Assembly: GCF_000515255.1 (NCBI RefSeq)
Contig: NZ_KI911559.1
Coordinates: forward strand, 2,211,660 to 2,243,659
DNA: 32,000 nt
Origin: Rhodovibrio salinarum DSM 9154
Lineage (GTDB): Bacteria; Pseudomonadota; Alphaproteobacteria; Kiloniellales; Rhodovibrionaceae
Direction of reading: 5' to 3'
The stretch's first letter is position 1. The number at the start of each line of letters is the position of its first letter. The notes below the pieces were generated by a model. That model did no database searches. It was not told where the DNA came from and saw only the letters and a program-made list of their open reading frames with translations. The translations under genes and the position numbers were made by a program. This document shows positions 1 through 9,429 of this stretch, one piece after another.

Positions 1-92
1 AGCAGGAACACGGGATCCTCGCGGGCCAGCTTGACCGTCACCATGGACAACAGAAGGCTGGTATAGAACACGAAGCTGGCGGAGAGCGCCAT
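1..92 (-). CDS. Partial CDS (N-terminus only), small hydrophobic hypothetical protein
   Basis: The minus-strand ATG at 92-90 is preceded by AGGAGG (reverse complement of 97-102). The frame stays open to the window edge with high GC3. It translates to MALSASFVFYTSLLLSMVTVKLAREDPVFLL, which looks membrane-like. It is too short for the ORF track. Confidence 0.4.
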   Translation of the reverse strand, partial: MALSASFVFYTSLLLSMVTVKLAREDPVFL

Positions 93-130
93 GGCGCCTC
101 CTGGTTGCGGCGGATCGCTCGGCTCTCGCA

Positions 131-673
131 TCAGCCCGTCTTGAGATGCTCCTGCAGACGGGGCATCAGTTCGACGAAGTTGCAGGGGCCGTGCCGGCTG
201 TCGAGCTGATAGCGCAGGATGTCGTTCCAGGCATCCTTGCACGCACCGGTCGAGCCAGGCAGAGCGAACAGGTAAGTGCGTCCCGCGACGCCGCCAAGCG
301 CGCGCGACTGGATCGTCGAGGTGCCGACCTTCTGAAAGGAAATCCAGCGGAACAGTTCACCGAACCCCTCGATCTCCTTGTCGAACACGCTCCTGAACGC
401 TTCGGGCGTGACGTCGCGGCCGGTGACTCCGGTTCCCCCAGTGGAGATCACGCAGTCGATCCGCGGATCATCGATCCAGGCAAGCAGCGCCTTGGTGATC
501 GCGGCAGTCTCGTCCTTGACGATCCGGCGCTCGGCGACCTGGTGGCCGCTGTCCTCGATCAGACGTTGCAGCGTATCCCCGGAGCGGTCATCGCCCGCCG
601 TCCGGCTGTCTGAGACGGTCAGGACCGCGATGTTCACGGCCAGGAAGGGTTTGCTTTCGTCGATACCACTCAT
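131..673 (-). CDS. moaB: Molybdenum cofactor biosynthesis protein B (MoaB/MogA family)
   Basis: The 180-aa product from the internal ATG (MSGIDESKPF...) aligns by eye along its whole length with E. coli MoaB. Shared motifs are AVLTVSD, ISTGGTG, EGFGELFR, GTSTIQSRA and LPGSTGAC. The upstream 71 codons of the 251-aa ORF are Arg/Pro-rich and overlap the next gene. Confidence 0.88.
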   Translation of the reverse strand: MSGIDESKPFLAVNIAVLTVSDSRTAGDDRSGDTLQRLIEDSGHQVAERRIVKDETAAITKALLAWIDDPRIDCVISTGGTGVTGRDVTPEAFRSVFDKEIEGFGELFRWISFQKVGTSTIQSRALGGVAGRTYLFALPGSTGACKDAWNDILRYQLDSRHGPCNFVELMPRLQEHLKTG

Positions 674-2520
674 TTTTGCGCGACCTCGGCTGACGACGGG
701 TCCCGGGACTCGTAGCGTGGCCAGTCGCCCGCGGCAATGGCCTGCAGCGACGGAATCTCCTGGCCCAGCCGGTGACGGTAGATCCAGAAGTTGGTCAGCA
801 CCCGTTCGACGAACTGGCGTGTTTCGCGCGACGGCAGGGTCTCGATGAACATCAGCGGGTCCTGCGTATCGGTCCGCTTTTGCCACTTCAGCAGGTTGCC
901 GGGGCCACCGTTGTAGGCAACCGTGATCGCGAACAGGTTATCGGCGATGAAGTCGTAGTCGCTGAGATAGCCGATGTAACGCTGCGCCAGGTCCAGGTTC
1001 AGTCCCGGCTGATTGAGTTCGCCCTGGCCGCGGTAGCGGAAGTTCTCCCGACGCGCGATATAGGTGGCGGTCGTTGGCATCAATTGCAGCAGCCCGCGTG
1101 CGCCGGCGCCGGAGCGTGCATCTGGGTCGAAGGCGCTTTCCTGGCGCATGAAGGCGTAGAGCAGCGCCCGGTCGATCCGAAAGCCGGTCGCTGGCTGCCA
1201 CGGCGGGATCGGGTACAGCGCGGCGTTGACGGTCGCCGACGGCCAGCCGTTGTCCGGATCGCGTGCCAGCCGGGTGCCGAGCCTGAGCGCCATTGCCGGC
1301 AATCCGCCACGTTCGGCGATCGTCAACAGGGCGGCGGCGGTGTTGGGGTCCGCCCAGCCGTCGACGCCCAGAAGCTCCCGGCGCGCCAATTCGCGCTGGC
1401 CGACTTGCATCAGCGCGATCGCCCGGCGCACTGCGGGACGCTGGACCACCCTGCGCACCGTGGCGGCGGCGGCGCCCGGCGCGTCGAACTCCAGACGCGG
1501 CGCGATTCCCAGGGCCGCGTGCGCGATCAGGCCGTAGAAGGTGCGTGGCTGCGCCGCGGCCCGGCGTAGCCAGGTGCTCACCTCTGCTGGCTGGTGTAGG
1601 CGCAGCAGCGCCCGAGCGGCCCAGTAGGCGCCGGCGGCCCGCTTTTCTGGCCGTGTGGCCGCATTGTTGGCCAAACGGCGGAAGTTGTGGGCGGCTGCCT
1701 CCAGATCGCCCTGGCGCCAGGCCGCCAGGCCGGCGATCCAGTGAGCCTGCGGTACGTCGGCGCCCGACCGGCGCGCAGCCGGAAGAACGAGGCCAGCGGC
1801 CTTATCGCTTCGGCCATAATACAGCCAAGCGGCGGCGATCTGGGTCAGGGCGGCATCGCGTTCGACAGTGTCGAGCAGGTCGCGGATGTCCTCCCGCTCC
1901 AGGTACGCCTCGGTGATCGACAGGCGGGTGCGCATGACGTTCCGGCGTACCTGCGCCAGGACGCGGCGGACGGCACGTCGCTCGCCGGCGTCGCGTGCCC
2001 GTGGCGAGGTATAGCCTTGCCGGACCCAGCCGCTGCTGCCGACCCCCGATAGATCTGCCACGCTGTAGCGCGGTACTTGCACGGACCCGCCGCCGGCCGG
2101 TCGGCGGGCGATGGCCAGCTTGTAGATTTTGCGCGCCTGCGGATGATCGGCGTAGTGCGCCATCCAGGCCCGGGATTCGGCGAACGGAGTCCAGTAGTCG
2201 CTGGGATGCAGGTAGCGCTGCGCGAGGACGTGACCGAGCAGTACGTCATCGTCCAGCTGCGCGATCAGTCGGTCGGCCGTATCCCAGTTACCCGGTTCGC
2301 CAGCGGCGAAGATGCGTTGATAGAGGGCAACGTCGTGGGCGCTGAGCACCCGTGGCAAGGCGAGCGTTGTGCTTGGCGCCTCTGGCGCGATTTGTGGCAA
2401 GGCGGCGGTCTGGACGCGTTCGCCCGCTTGCGCCGGTCCGATCTGTAGCGTGATCGCAACCGCCAATCCGGCTGCTGCCCATACCTGCCGTTTGATCCGC
2501 ACTCCGATACCGGTCGCCAA
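670..2520 (-). CDS. Soluble lytic murein transglycosylase (Slt family) with N-terminal signal peptide
   Basis: The C-terminal SLT catalytic motifs are present: RQESAFDPDARSGAGARGLLQLMPTTA and AYNGGPGN. The long helical N-terminal part is typical of Slt70-like enzymes. The signal peptide reads MATGIGVRIKRQVWAAAGLAVAITLQIGPAQA. Its stop overlaps the moaB start (ATGA at 670-673). Confidence 0.85.
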   Translation of the reverse strand: MATGIGVRIKRQVWAAAGLAVAITLQIGPAQAGERVQTAALPQIAPEAPSTTLALPRVLSAHDVALYQRIFAAGEPGNWDTADRLIAQLDDDVLLGHVLAQRYLHPSDYWTPFAESRAWMAHYADHPQARKIYKLAIARRPAGGGSVQVPRYSVADLSGVGSSGWVRQGYTSPRARDAGERRAVRRVLAQVRRNVMRTRLSITEAYLEREDIRDLLDTVERDAALTQIAAAWLYYGRSDKAAGLVLPAARRSGADVPQAHWIAGLAAWRQGDLEAAAHNFRRLANNAATRPEKRAAGAYWAARALLRLHQPAEVSTWLRRAAAQPRTFYGLIAHAALGIAPRLEFDAPGAAAATVRRVVQRPAVRRAIALMQVGQRELARRELLGVDGWADPNTAAALLTIAERGGLPAMALRLGTRLARDPDNGWPSATVNAALYPIPPWQPATGFRIDRALLYAFMRQESAFDPDARSGAGARGLLQLMPTTATYIARRENFRYRGQGELNQPGLNLDLAQRYIGYLSDYDFIADNLFAITVAYNGGPGNLLKWQKRTDTQDPLMFIETLPSRETRQFVERVLTNFWIYRHRLGQEIPSLQAIAAGDWPRYESRDPSSAEVAQK

Positions 2521-2734
2521 GCCAATCCCCCGCGTCTTGTGTCCGGAGTCGTCCGGATCCCACCGAACCCGGAATGAATCAGAAAAGACCGCAGGCTTTT
2601 AGGAAAAAGTTAAAGCGTAAGCACAAGACCGTGTTTCTAACCGGTTTTCATGCGATTGCGCCGCTGTGGGGGGAGCTACGGCCAGTGATCGGGGCTGTCG
2701 CGGGGCTAGAATGAAAACGTGCGCCCCGCACGGC

Positions 2735-3754
2735 CTACACTGTCGGATCCGTGCCCGCGTCAAATGCGGTCTTGAACGACAGCAGATCCCGCCAGGCCTG
2801 ACGCTTGGCGGCGGGTTGGCGCAGCAGGTAGGCCGGGTGCAGGGTCACCAGCGCGGGCACCGGGGTCCCCATTTCCGGGTTCTGGTAACTGAACCACCGT
2901 CCGCGCAGCTTCAGAACGCCCTCCGTCTTGCTGAGCAGTGTCTTGGCCGAGCTGCCGCCGGACAGGATCAGGTAGTCCGGCTGCTTGAGGGCGATGTGCC
3001 GTTCCACGAACGGAAGGCAGGCCGCGACCTCCGCCGGGGTCGGCGTCCGATTGCCGGGCGGGCGCCAGAACAGGACGTTGGAGATGTAGACGTTGTCCGC
3101 CCGGGAAAAGCCGATCCAGGACAGCATCCGGTCCAGCAGTTGACCGGAGACCCCAACAAACGGCTTGCCTTGACGGTCCTCGTCCGCGCCTGGAGCTTCG
3201 CCCACGATCATCACCCGCGCTTCCGGGTTGCCGTCGGCGAACACCAGATTGGTTGCGGTTTGCTTCAGCGCGCATCCATCGTACTCGGCCAACGCGTCGC
3301 GCAATGCCTCGAGCGTGGTCGCCTGGGCGGCCAGGTCGCGGGCGGTTGCCAGCGTCTGTTCGGCGGTTTTCAGTTCGCCGCCCTTGGGCCGCCAGACCGG
3401 CGGCATCTCGCCACGCTTCCGCCCCGCCGTCCCGGGCTGCTGGGCGGGAGCTGCCGCCGGCTGACCGGCTGGCTGGCGTGGTTCGGTCGCCGGTTTCGAC
3501 GTCGCCGACGGTTGTTGGCTGGGCGGCGCAGTCGACGGGGAAGGTGTGGAGGACGTTCCCGTGGCGGCTTGCTGCTGCCGGGCGGCGGCGCGCGCGGCTT
3601 TGGCCTCCCGCGCGGCGGCGTAGCGGTCGACCGGCGTGTCCAGGATCGCCTCATCCGCGCCAGCCGTGATCAACCAGTCAAGCGCCGCGCGTGCCGCCGC
3701 GTGCGGCACATCGCCGTCTGGGGAAGGGGGCTCGTCGTGCGGGGGTTGGCTCAT
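2735..3754 (-). CDS. Family 4 uracil-DNA glycosylase with Pro/Ala-rich N-terminal extension
   Basis: Motif A is [27 protein letters not shown] and motif B is [12 protein letters not shown]. The start is placed at the ATG at 3754 ([10 protein letters not shown]...). The ORF remains open up to 3949, so the start is uncertain. Confidence 0.82.
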   Translation of the reverse strand: MSQPPHDEPPSPDGDVPHAAARAALDWLITAGADEAILDTPVDRYAAAREAKAARAAARQQQAATGTSSTPSPSTAPPSQQPSATSKPATEPRQPAGQPAAAPAQQPGTAGRKRGEMPPVWRPKGGELKTAEQTLATARDLAAQATTLEALRDALAEYDGCALKQTATNLVFADGNPEARVMIVGEAPGADEDRQGKPFVGVSGQLLDRMLSWIGFSRADNVYISNVLFWRPPGNRTPTPAEVAACLPFVERHIALKQPDYLILSGGSSAKTLLSKTEGVLKLRGRWFSYQNPEMGTPVPALVTLHPAYLLRQPAAKRQAWRDLLSFKTAFDAGTDPTV

Positions 3755-3983
3755 GGCGCCTTCAGATATAGCACCCATGGGGAGTGTGTGCAGTGCCGCG
3801 CTGGCGTTGTTCGCCTCGCGCCGTTGGGGATAGACTGCCGGCGCGCGCGACGCCATATCGCATATGGTGTGGCGCGCCTGCCACCCGCCGAGGCTGTGCA
3901 CGACCCGCCCGCGCAGATCAGTCACGAATGCCGCCCGCGTTACGGTCACTCAGCCGGCGGGGTTGGCCCAGGAGATCGACGTT

Positions 3984-5747
3984 TTGACCCAGTCGAGTGC
4001 GAAGCGAACCGGCCGTCTGGCCGCGGTCAGTCTGACCGCCTTGTTGACCGCCAGCTGTGCCAGTCAGGCGCAGCGTCCGATCACCGAGGCGGGCAATGGA
4101 CAGCCGTTCGCCACGGCCCAGCCGGTTGGCGAGGCCGCCGCGGCGGAAAACGGTACGGCTTATGGGTCCTACCTCGCCGGTCTCTACGCCAATGGCCAGC
4201 GCGACCTCGGCGCGGCGGCGGACTTCATGTCGCAGGCCCTGGACGCCGATCCGGACAACCCCCGTCTGCTGCATAACACCTTCATGCTAATGGCCGGCGA
4301 GGGGAACATGGACCGTGCCCGCGCGCTGGCCGAGCGCTTGCTGGCGAGCAACCCGAGTCATGGTCCGGCCCGCGTGCTGGTCACGGTGGAGGCGCTGCGT
4401 GCAGGCAACTACGAGAACGCCGAAGAGTTGTTGCGCAAGCTGCCGGCGCAGGGGCTGGCCGCGCTGGTGCGCCCGATGCTCTCCGCCTGGGCGCAGGTGG
4501 GGCGCGGCAATACCCAGGCCGCGTTGGACCGCCTGAAAGCCCTGGAGCCGATCGAGGGGTTTGGTGCGTTGCGCCAGGCCCACATCGCGCTGATCAACGA
4601 CTTGGCTGGCGACACCGAAGCCGCGGCGCGGGCGTTTGACGCGATCGGTACCGAACGGGCCGCACAGTCGCTGCGCCTGGCGTGGCTGCTTGGGAATTTC
4701 CATGCCCGAAACGGCGATCTCGACGCGGCGCGTGCCCTCTATCAAGCCTATATGGCTCGCAACCCGGATAGTGCGGTCATGGAGATCGCGCTCGACCGTC
4801 TGAACGCAGGCGAAACGCCGGCGCCGCTGATCGCCAATGCGCGCGAGGGGGCAGCCGAAGCGCTGTTCAACCTGTCGGGGCTGTTGAACCAGGAGGGGGC
4901 AAGCGATCTCGCGCTGGTTTACGACCGCATGGCATTGCGCCTGCGCCCGGACTTCCCGATCGGCCATATCCTGCTGGGCGAGGTGCTGTCGGCGCAGAAC
5001 CGGCTGGAGGCGGCCGTCGAGGTCTACCGTCAGGTCCCAACGGACTCGCCCTACCATTACATCGCCCAGTTGCGCGTGGCCGATGGGCTGAATGCGCTTG
5101 GCCGCAAGGACCAGGCGATCGACATCCTGGAAGCGCAGGCCGAGGCGCATCCCGAGCGCTTCGAACCGCTGTATCGGCTGGGCAACCTCTACCGCGCGGA
5201 TGAGGAATTCGCGCAGGCGGATAAGGCGTATGCCCGGGCGCTGGATCGGATTCCGACGTTGGAGAGCCGGCACTGGACGGTGCTGTACTTCCGCGGCATC
5301 GCGCTTGAACGCACCGACCAATGGGCGGCAGCGGAGCGCCACTTCAAACAAGCGCTGGAGCTGCAACCCGAGCAGCCATACGTGATGAACTATCTGGCGT
5401 ACTCCTGGGTCGAGCAGCAGCAGAACCTGGACCGCGCTCAGGAAATGCTGCGCCGGGCCGTCGAGCTCCGGCCCGAAGATGGCTACATCGTCGACAGTCT
5501 GGGATGGGTCTATTACCGCTTGGGCAAGTACGATCAGGCCGTGGACAGGCTGGAGCGGGCGGTCGAGTTGCGTCCGGCCGATCCTACGATCAACGATCAT
5601 CTGGGCGACGCCTACTGGAAGGTCGGCCGCAAGCAGGAGGCACGGTTCCAGTGGCAGCGCGCGCTCACCCTCGAGCCGGATGCCGAGCAGGTGCCGACCA
5701 TCGAGGCTAAACTGGAAAACGGCTTGAAGGCCGGCGACAACGGTTAG
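3984..5747 (+). CDS. Tetratricopeptide-repeat lipoprotein
   Basis: Multiple TPR units are visible, for example AERHFKQALELQPEQPYVMNYLAYSW and YDQAVDRLERAVELRPADPTINDHLGDAYW. A TTG at 3984 lies 9 nt after GGAG and yields a classic lipoprotein signal ending in the lipobox LTAS-C. The ORF is open from the ATG at 3864, but that start has no RBS and no signal-like N-terminus. Confidence 0.8.
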   Translation: MTQSSAKRTGRLAAVSLTALLTASCASQAQRPITEAGNGQPFATAQPVGEAAAAENGTAYGSYLAGLYANGQRDLGAAADFMSQALDADPDNPRLLHNTFMLMAGEGNMDRARALAERLLASNPSHGPARVLVTVEALRAGNYENAEELLRKLPAQGLAALVRPMLSAWAQVGRGNTQAALDRLKALEPIEGFGALRQAHIALINDLAGDTEAAARAFDAIGTERAAQSLRLAWLLGNFHARNGDLDAARALYQAYMARNPDSAVMEIALDRLNAGETPAPLIANAREGAAEALFNLSGLLNQEGASDLALVYDRMALRLRPDFPIGHILLGEVLSAQNRLEAAVEVYRQVPTDSPYHYIAQLRVADGLNALGRKDQAIDILEAQAEAHPERFEPLYRLGNLYRADEEFAQADKAYARALDRIPTLESRHWTVLYFRGIALERTDQWAAAERHFKQALELQPEQPYVMNYLAYSWVEQQQNLDRAQEMLRRAVELRPEDGYIVDSLGWVYYRLGKYDQAVDRLERAVELRPADPTINDHLGDAYWKVGRKQEARFQWQRALTLEPDAEQVPTIEAKLENGLKAGDNG

Positions 5748-5790
5748 CCCGCCCAGCATCTCCTACGACACGCGTATCGAGCCTGCCCGC

Positions 5791-6690
5791 ATGACCGAGT
5801 CCGCCGCCGTTCAGCGCCACGCCCGCGCCAAGGTCAACCTGAGTTTGCGCGTTACCGGTAAGCGCGCGGACGGCTATCACGAGCTGGACGGCCTGACCGC
5901 GTTCGCGCAGGCGGGCGACCTTGTGACCGTCTGGGACAGCGACGCTCTGAGCCTGGAGATCGTCGGCCCTTACGCGGGGGCGCTCTCCCAGGGGGCGGGG
6001 CAGGCGTCCGGCGAGCCTGCGACCGAGAACTTGGTGCTCCGCGCCGCCCGGGCGTTGGCGACGGCGACCGGCCGCCCAGCCAGGGCGCGGATTCTGCTGG
6101 ATAAGCAGTTGCCGGTGGCCGGTGGTTTGGGCGGTGGTTCGGCCGATGCGGCGGCGACGTTGCATGCGCTGTGCCAGCTCTGGGGCGTCGACCCCGGCCC
6201 GGCGCGCTTGGCGGAGATTGGCCTGCAGTTGGGCGCGGATGTGCCGGTCTGTTTGCACGGCTATGCGGCCTTCGTTTCTGGCATCGGAGAGCGGTTGGGC
6301 CCGGCGCCGCACCTGCCAGAGGCGCACGTGGTGCTGGCCAATCCAGGGGTGGAGCTGTCGACGGCCGCGGTGTTCAAGGCGCTTGAGGGGCAAGTCTCGG
6401 GTCCGGTCGCACGCTGGGACGCGCCGCCGCGCGACGCGGCCGCGTTGGCCGATTACCTGGCACGCGACGGCAATGATTTGGAAGCGCCGGCCCGCCGGCT
6501 GCGTCCGGAAATCGATGCGGTGCTGACCGCGCTTGCCGCCCGGCCGGGCTGTCTGATCGCGCGGATGTCGGGCAGTGGGGCGACCTGCTTCGGCCTCTTT
6601 GCCGAGGCGGCCAGCGCCGAGGCGGCGGCCGCCCAACTTGCCGCCGATCGCCCCGACTGGTGGTTGCGCGCGGCCCGTTTGATCGGTTGA
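5791..6690 (+). CDS. ispE: 4-diphosphocytidyl-2-C-methyl-D-erythritol kinase
   Basis: The N-terminal motif is AKVNLSLRVTGKRADGYHEL. The GHMP-kinase motif is PVAGGLGGGSADAAATL and the C-terminal motif is ARMSGSGATCFGLF. The length of 299 aa is typical. Confidence 0.92.
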   Translation: MTESAAVQRHARAKVNLSLRVTGKRADGYHELDGLTAFAQAGDLVTVWDSDALSLEIVGPYAGALSQGAGQASGEPATENLVLRAARALATATGRPARARILLDKQLPVAGGLGGGSADAAATLHALCQLWGVDPGPARLAEIGLQLGADVPVCLHGYAAFVSGIGERLGPAPHLPEAHVVLANPGVELSTAAVFKALEGQVSGPVARWDAPPRDAAALADYLARDGNDLEAPARRLRPEIDAVLTALAARPGCLIARMSGSGATCFGLFAEAASAEAAAAQLAADRPDWWLRAARLIG

Positions 6691-6790
6691 GCGGGTAGGC
6701 AGGCGACGACGGGCCAAATCGCGCGGGCACCGACCCGATTCCCTAGGTTGCAAGCGCCTCGCGACGACGCTATCGTCCGCGCGCGCCTGC

Positions 6791-6865
6791 TGGGGCGTAG
6801 CCAAGCGGTAAGGCACCGGTTTTTGGTACCGGCATTCCCAGGTTCGAATCCTGGCGCCCCAGCCA
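6791..6865 (+). tRNA. tRNA-Gln (anticodon UUG), CCA encoded
   Basis: A cloverleaf can be folded by hand. The acceptor stem is TGGGGCG/CGCCCCA. The anticodon stem is CCGGT/ACCGG around the loop TTTTGGT, giving anticodon TTG. The T-arm is CAGGTTCGAATCCTG. It is nearly colinear with E. coli tRNA-Gln. Confidence 0.92.
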
Positions 6866-7048
6866 CGCCCGAGTAACCCCCTGAAATTCCAAGCTTCTCG
6901 CCAAGCGTTAACCCTCGAGGGCCGCGGTTTTCCGCGATTCCCGGCGATTGTGCCACACGGCTGTGCCACTGGGGTGTGCGCTCGGAACGTGCCACCCGCG
7001 CTGGGAATCCCGGCCAAACCGGTCCTCGTGTGCGCGAGGAGCCACGCC

Positions 7049-9067
7049 GTGGCGAGACACGCTCACGTCTATCGCCGGCAAGCTGTCTACTGGTGGCGCC
7101 GGCGGATCCCGAAACACCTGCGCCAACTTTTTTCGACCTCGGAGATCCGCGTCTCTTTGCGAGCCCATATGGCCGGGGAGGCGGCGACCCGGGCGGCAAG
7201 GCTCCGGGTGATCACCGACCTCGCTTTCCAGGACCTGGAGCGAGCCGTGACGACCGGACTGACCCTGCCAGACCAGACATTCGACCAGCTGGTAAACCAG
7301 CTGGTGCAGGACGAGCTCGATCGCTGCGAGCGCGAGCGCGAGCTCGCGGGCCCACGCACCGAGGCCGACATCCAGCAGGCCGTCCTCGACCATCAGCGCC
7401 AGCGCGCCCGCCTGCAGCAGGCGTTGCGGTACAACGTTTACGCGGACCTTGAAGACCAGCTCGCACCAGCCATCGAAGCCGTCCAGGACGTCGCAACGGA
7501 GTCCGATCTGGCCGTCTTGCAGCGGCGCGCCGCCCGGGGACTGATGGACGCGGCGGAGATCAACGAAGCGCGCGAACAGGGCATTTACAGCAGGGAGGGG
7601 CGTGTCTCGGCCGTGGCCGCGAACGGTCCACACCTCAGTGCGCCCGTTTCCGGACCGCTGGACGGCGCGAGCTTTCAGACGCAGCGCGAACCGTCGCAGC
7701 CGAGCCAGCCGGCAGCGCCAGCGCCGGCAAGAACATCAGCGAGGAACGACGACAACGTCCTGACTTTGAAGCGCGATCGACCGTCGAGGTCGGGTTCGAC
7801 CTCGCCGTACGCGCCTGGACGCCCAAGGCGCCGTGGGGCCAATGTTGGCGCAAGCCCAACCGGTCCGCGTATTAGCGAGATCAAAGAAGCGTTCTTTGCT
7901 AAACAGACTAAGAATATGAAGCGCCACTATCGGGTCGCAATCGATTTGCTTCAGGACGGACTCGATGATGCGCTTATCTCTGATATCACACGTTCTACTG
8001 TTGTCGACGTGATTGTTCTGATTTCCCAGCTGCCCAAGGTCCACGGAAAGAGCGCGAAAGAGACTCTGCGGTTGCGCGAGCTCGTCGCTGTGACGAACGC
8101 CGAAGAGACGGCGGCCATCGAAGCGGCGGTACAGAGTGCACGGGATAACGGTGGTGATCGCAAGACGATCGCTCGTGCTCATCTTGAAGCCCGGACTGAG
8201 CGGCTCAAAGCGCAACAGTCGCTGCACAACCACCGTGCGAGGATCAACAGTTTTCTGACGTGGTGTCACAAGGAAGGCTATCTGCCGCAAGCCCTCCACA
8301 TCGATATCGACGACATCCCGCGCCAGGTCCGGGATGATGCGAGGAATCGGGATCAGAAGAAAGGTGCCCGTATGTGTTGGGGAAGGGATAAATTACAAGC
8401 ATTGCTGACCAGCAGCATCATGACTGACCCAAACAAAGACTTTGGCGATCCGATGTTCTGGGCGATCTTGGCCGGGCCTCATCAGGCGCCGCGTATGGAG
8501 GAATTTCTGCAGCTGGGCCCTGACGACATTGAGGTCCGAGAGCAGGTTCCGGTCATGCTGATCCGGCCGGGGCTCGGCGGGCATGCGAAGACCGATGCGG
8601 CCCGGCGCGTCGTTCCTATTCACCCTATTCTCATTGCGGCTGGGTTCCTCGAGTTGGTCGAGCAACGCCGAAGGGAGAAGTCGCATTGGCTGTTCCCGAT
8701 GTTGGACCATGGACATGACGGGCGCTTCAGCTCGATTTTCACCAAGCGTTTTTCCCGCTACCGCGAAGATGAAGGGCTTTACGATCCGGAGCGCGATTAC
8801 CACTCGTTCCGGAGTGATTTTCAGGAAACGCTTGAAGACGCCGACGTACCACCAAACGCGCGTAAGCGTATGATGGGTCACCGCGTCGAGGATATCACGG
8901 AAGGCAAGTATCGGAAGCGCGACTATCCGATCACCCGGAAGGCCGAATATATCAACCTCATTGACTATGGAATCGAGGTTGAGCGCGTGGATGGTATCCC
9001 GGTGGTAAAGCTTCGGGACACGGCACAGCCGTCGGGGCCTATGCCTGCCGACGAGGTCATGTCGTAG
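7049..9067 (+). CDS. int: Tyrosine-type site-specific recombinase / island integrase with long N-terminal region
   Basis: The C-terminal catalytic signature is present: Arg box APRMEEFLQL, Lys region GGHAKTDAARRVVPIHP, HxxR in DYHSFRSDF, and MMGH...GKYRKRDY. The N-terminal motif VYRRQAVYWWRRRIPKHL is typical of this integrase subgroup. The start is placed at the GTG at 7049, 8 nt after AGGAG. The ORF is open from 6950. Confidence 0.85.
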   Translation: MARHAHVYRRQAVYWWRRRIPKHLRQLFSTSEIRVSLRAHMAGEAATRAARLRVITDLAFQDLERAVTTGLTLPDQTFDQLVNQLVQDELDRCERERELAGPRTEADIQQAVLDHQRQRARLQQALRYNVYADLEDQLAPAIEAVQDVATESDLAVLQRRAARGLMDAAEINEAREQGIYSREGRVSAVAANGPHLSAPVSGPLDGASFQTQREPSQPSQPAAPAPARTSARNDDNVLTLKRDRPSRSGSTSPYAPGRPRRRGANVGASPTGPRISEIKEAFFAKQTKNMKRHYRVAIDLLQDGLDDALISDITRSTVVDVIVLISQLPKVHGKSAKETLRLRELVAVTNAEETAAIEAAVQSARDNGGDRKTIARAHLEARTERLKAQQSLHNHRARINSFLTWCHKEGYLPQALHIDIDDIPRQVRDDARNRDQKKGARMCWGRDKLQALLTSSIMTDPNKDFGDPMFWAILAGPHQAPRMEEFLQLGPDDIEVREQVPVMLIRPGLGGHAKTDAARRVVPIHPILIAAGFLELVEQRRREKSHWLFPMLDHGHDGRFSSIFTKRFSRYREDEGLYDPERDYHSFRSDFQETLEDADVPPNARKRMMGHRVEDITEGKYRKRDYPITRKAEYINLIDYGIEVERVDGIPVVKLRDTAQPSGPMPADEVMS

Positions 9068-9097
9068 CTTCTGAGGTGATTTACTCGGCGGCGAGAA

Positions 9098-9138
9098 GGT
9101 TGGATGGGTAACATGGATTCCCATCCGACCTTTTGTTT
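9098..9138 (+). terminator. Rho-independent terminator downstream of the integrase
   Basis: An 11-bp stem pairs GGTTGGATGGG (9098-9108) with CCCATCCGACC (9120-9130), including one G-U pair. The loop is 11 nt and is followed by TTTTGTTT. The structure begins 31 nt after the integrase stop. Confidence 0.65.
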
Positions 9139-9350
9139 CGCTCTGTAACCCACTGCAATCCGGCGACCTTTTCAGCCGCTTGCTGCGTTTTTTAATGCAA
9201 TCTTGTGTCACCCCCCAGGCCAAGCGAGATCGTAGGCCCTCGGGCATTAGCCACGCGCCGGTTTTGCGCGTTTGGCTGAGGATGCTGGGCCGCAACACCA
9301 GCACGCTCTTAAAGCCTGGACGGCCGCCGCTGAAGTCGATACCAAGGAAA

Positions 9351-9400
9351 GCCGGCAAACTTGCCGGCTGAGCATTGAAGCCGGGTTCGTTGATCGAACC
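9351..9400 (+). repeat. Two short inverted repeats in the brxA upstream region
   Basis: The first repeat is GCCGGCAA-ac-TTGCCGGC at 9351-9368. The second is GGTTCG-ttgat-CGAACC at 9384-9400. They lie 30-80 nt upstream of the brxA ATG. No T-tract follows either one. Confidence 0.5.
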
Positions 9401-9429
9401 AACGTCCGATAGGGCAGTAAGCGCGTAGC

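Noticed and set aside
670-673. ATGA start/stop overlap between the lytic transglycosylase gene and moaB
   Set aside because: This is ordinary translational coupling in compact operons and nothing indicates unusual biology.
2700-2729. GCGGGGC…GCCCCGC hairpin just downstream of the UDG stop
   Set aside because: The loop is 16 nt and no U-tract follows on the transcribed (minus) strand, so I cannot support an intrinsic terminator call.
2666-4276. 536-aa plus-strand ORF
   Set aside because: It is antisense to the well-supported UDG gene and overlaps the TPR gene. The product is Arg/Gly/Pro-rich with no motifs, a typical high-GC shadow frame.
4287-5759. 490-aa minus-strand ORF
   Set aside because: It lies entirely antisense to the TPR lipoprotein gene, has no recognisable motifs and is a GC-driven open frame.
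5707-7017. 436-aa minus-strand ORF
   Set aside because: It is antisense to ispE and runs straight across the tRNA-Gln gene. The sequence is Arg-rich and low-complexity.
8393-9358. 321-aa minus-strand ORF whose first ~40 codons (MPAFLGIDFSGGRPGFKS…) lie in the int-brxA gap
   Set aside because: Most of it is antisense to the integrase 3' end and crosses the integrase terminator. The N-terminal GIDFSGG piece is too short to support a gene or a relic.
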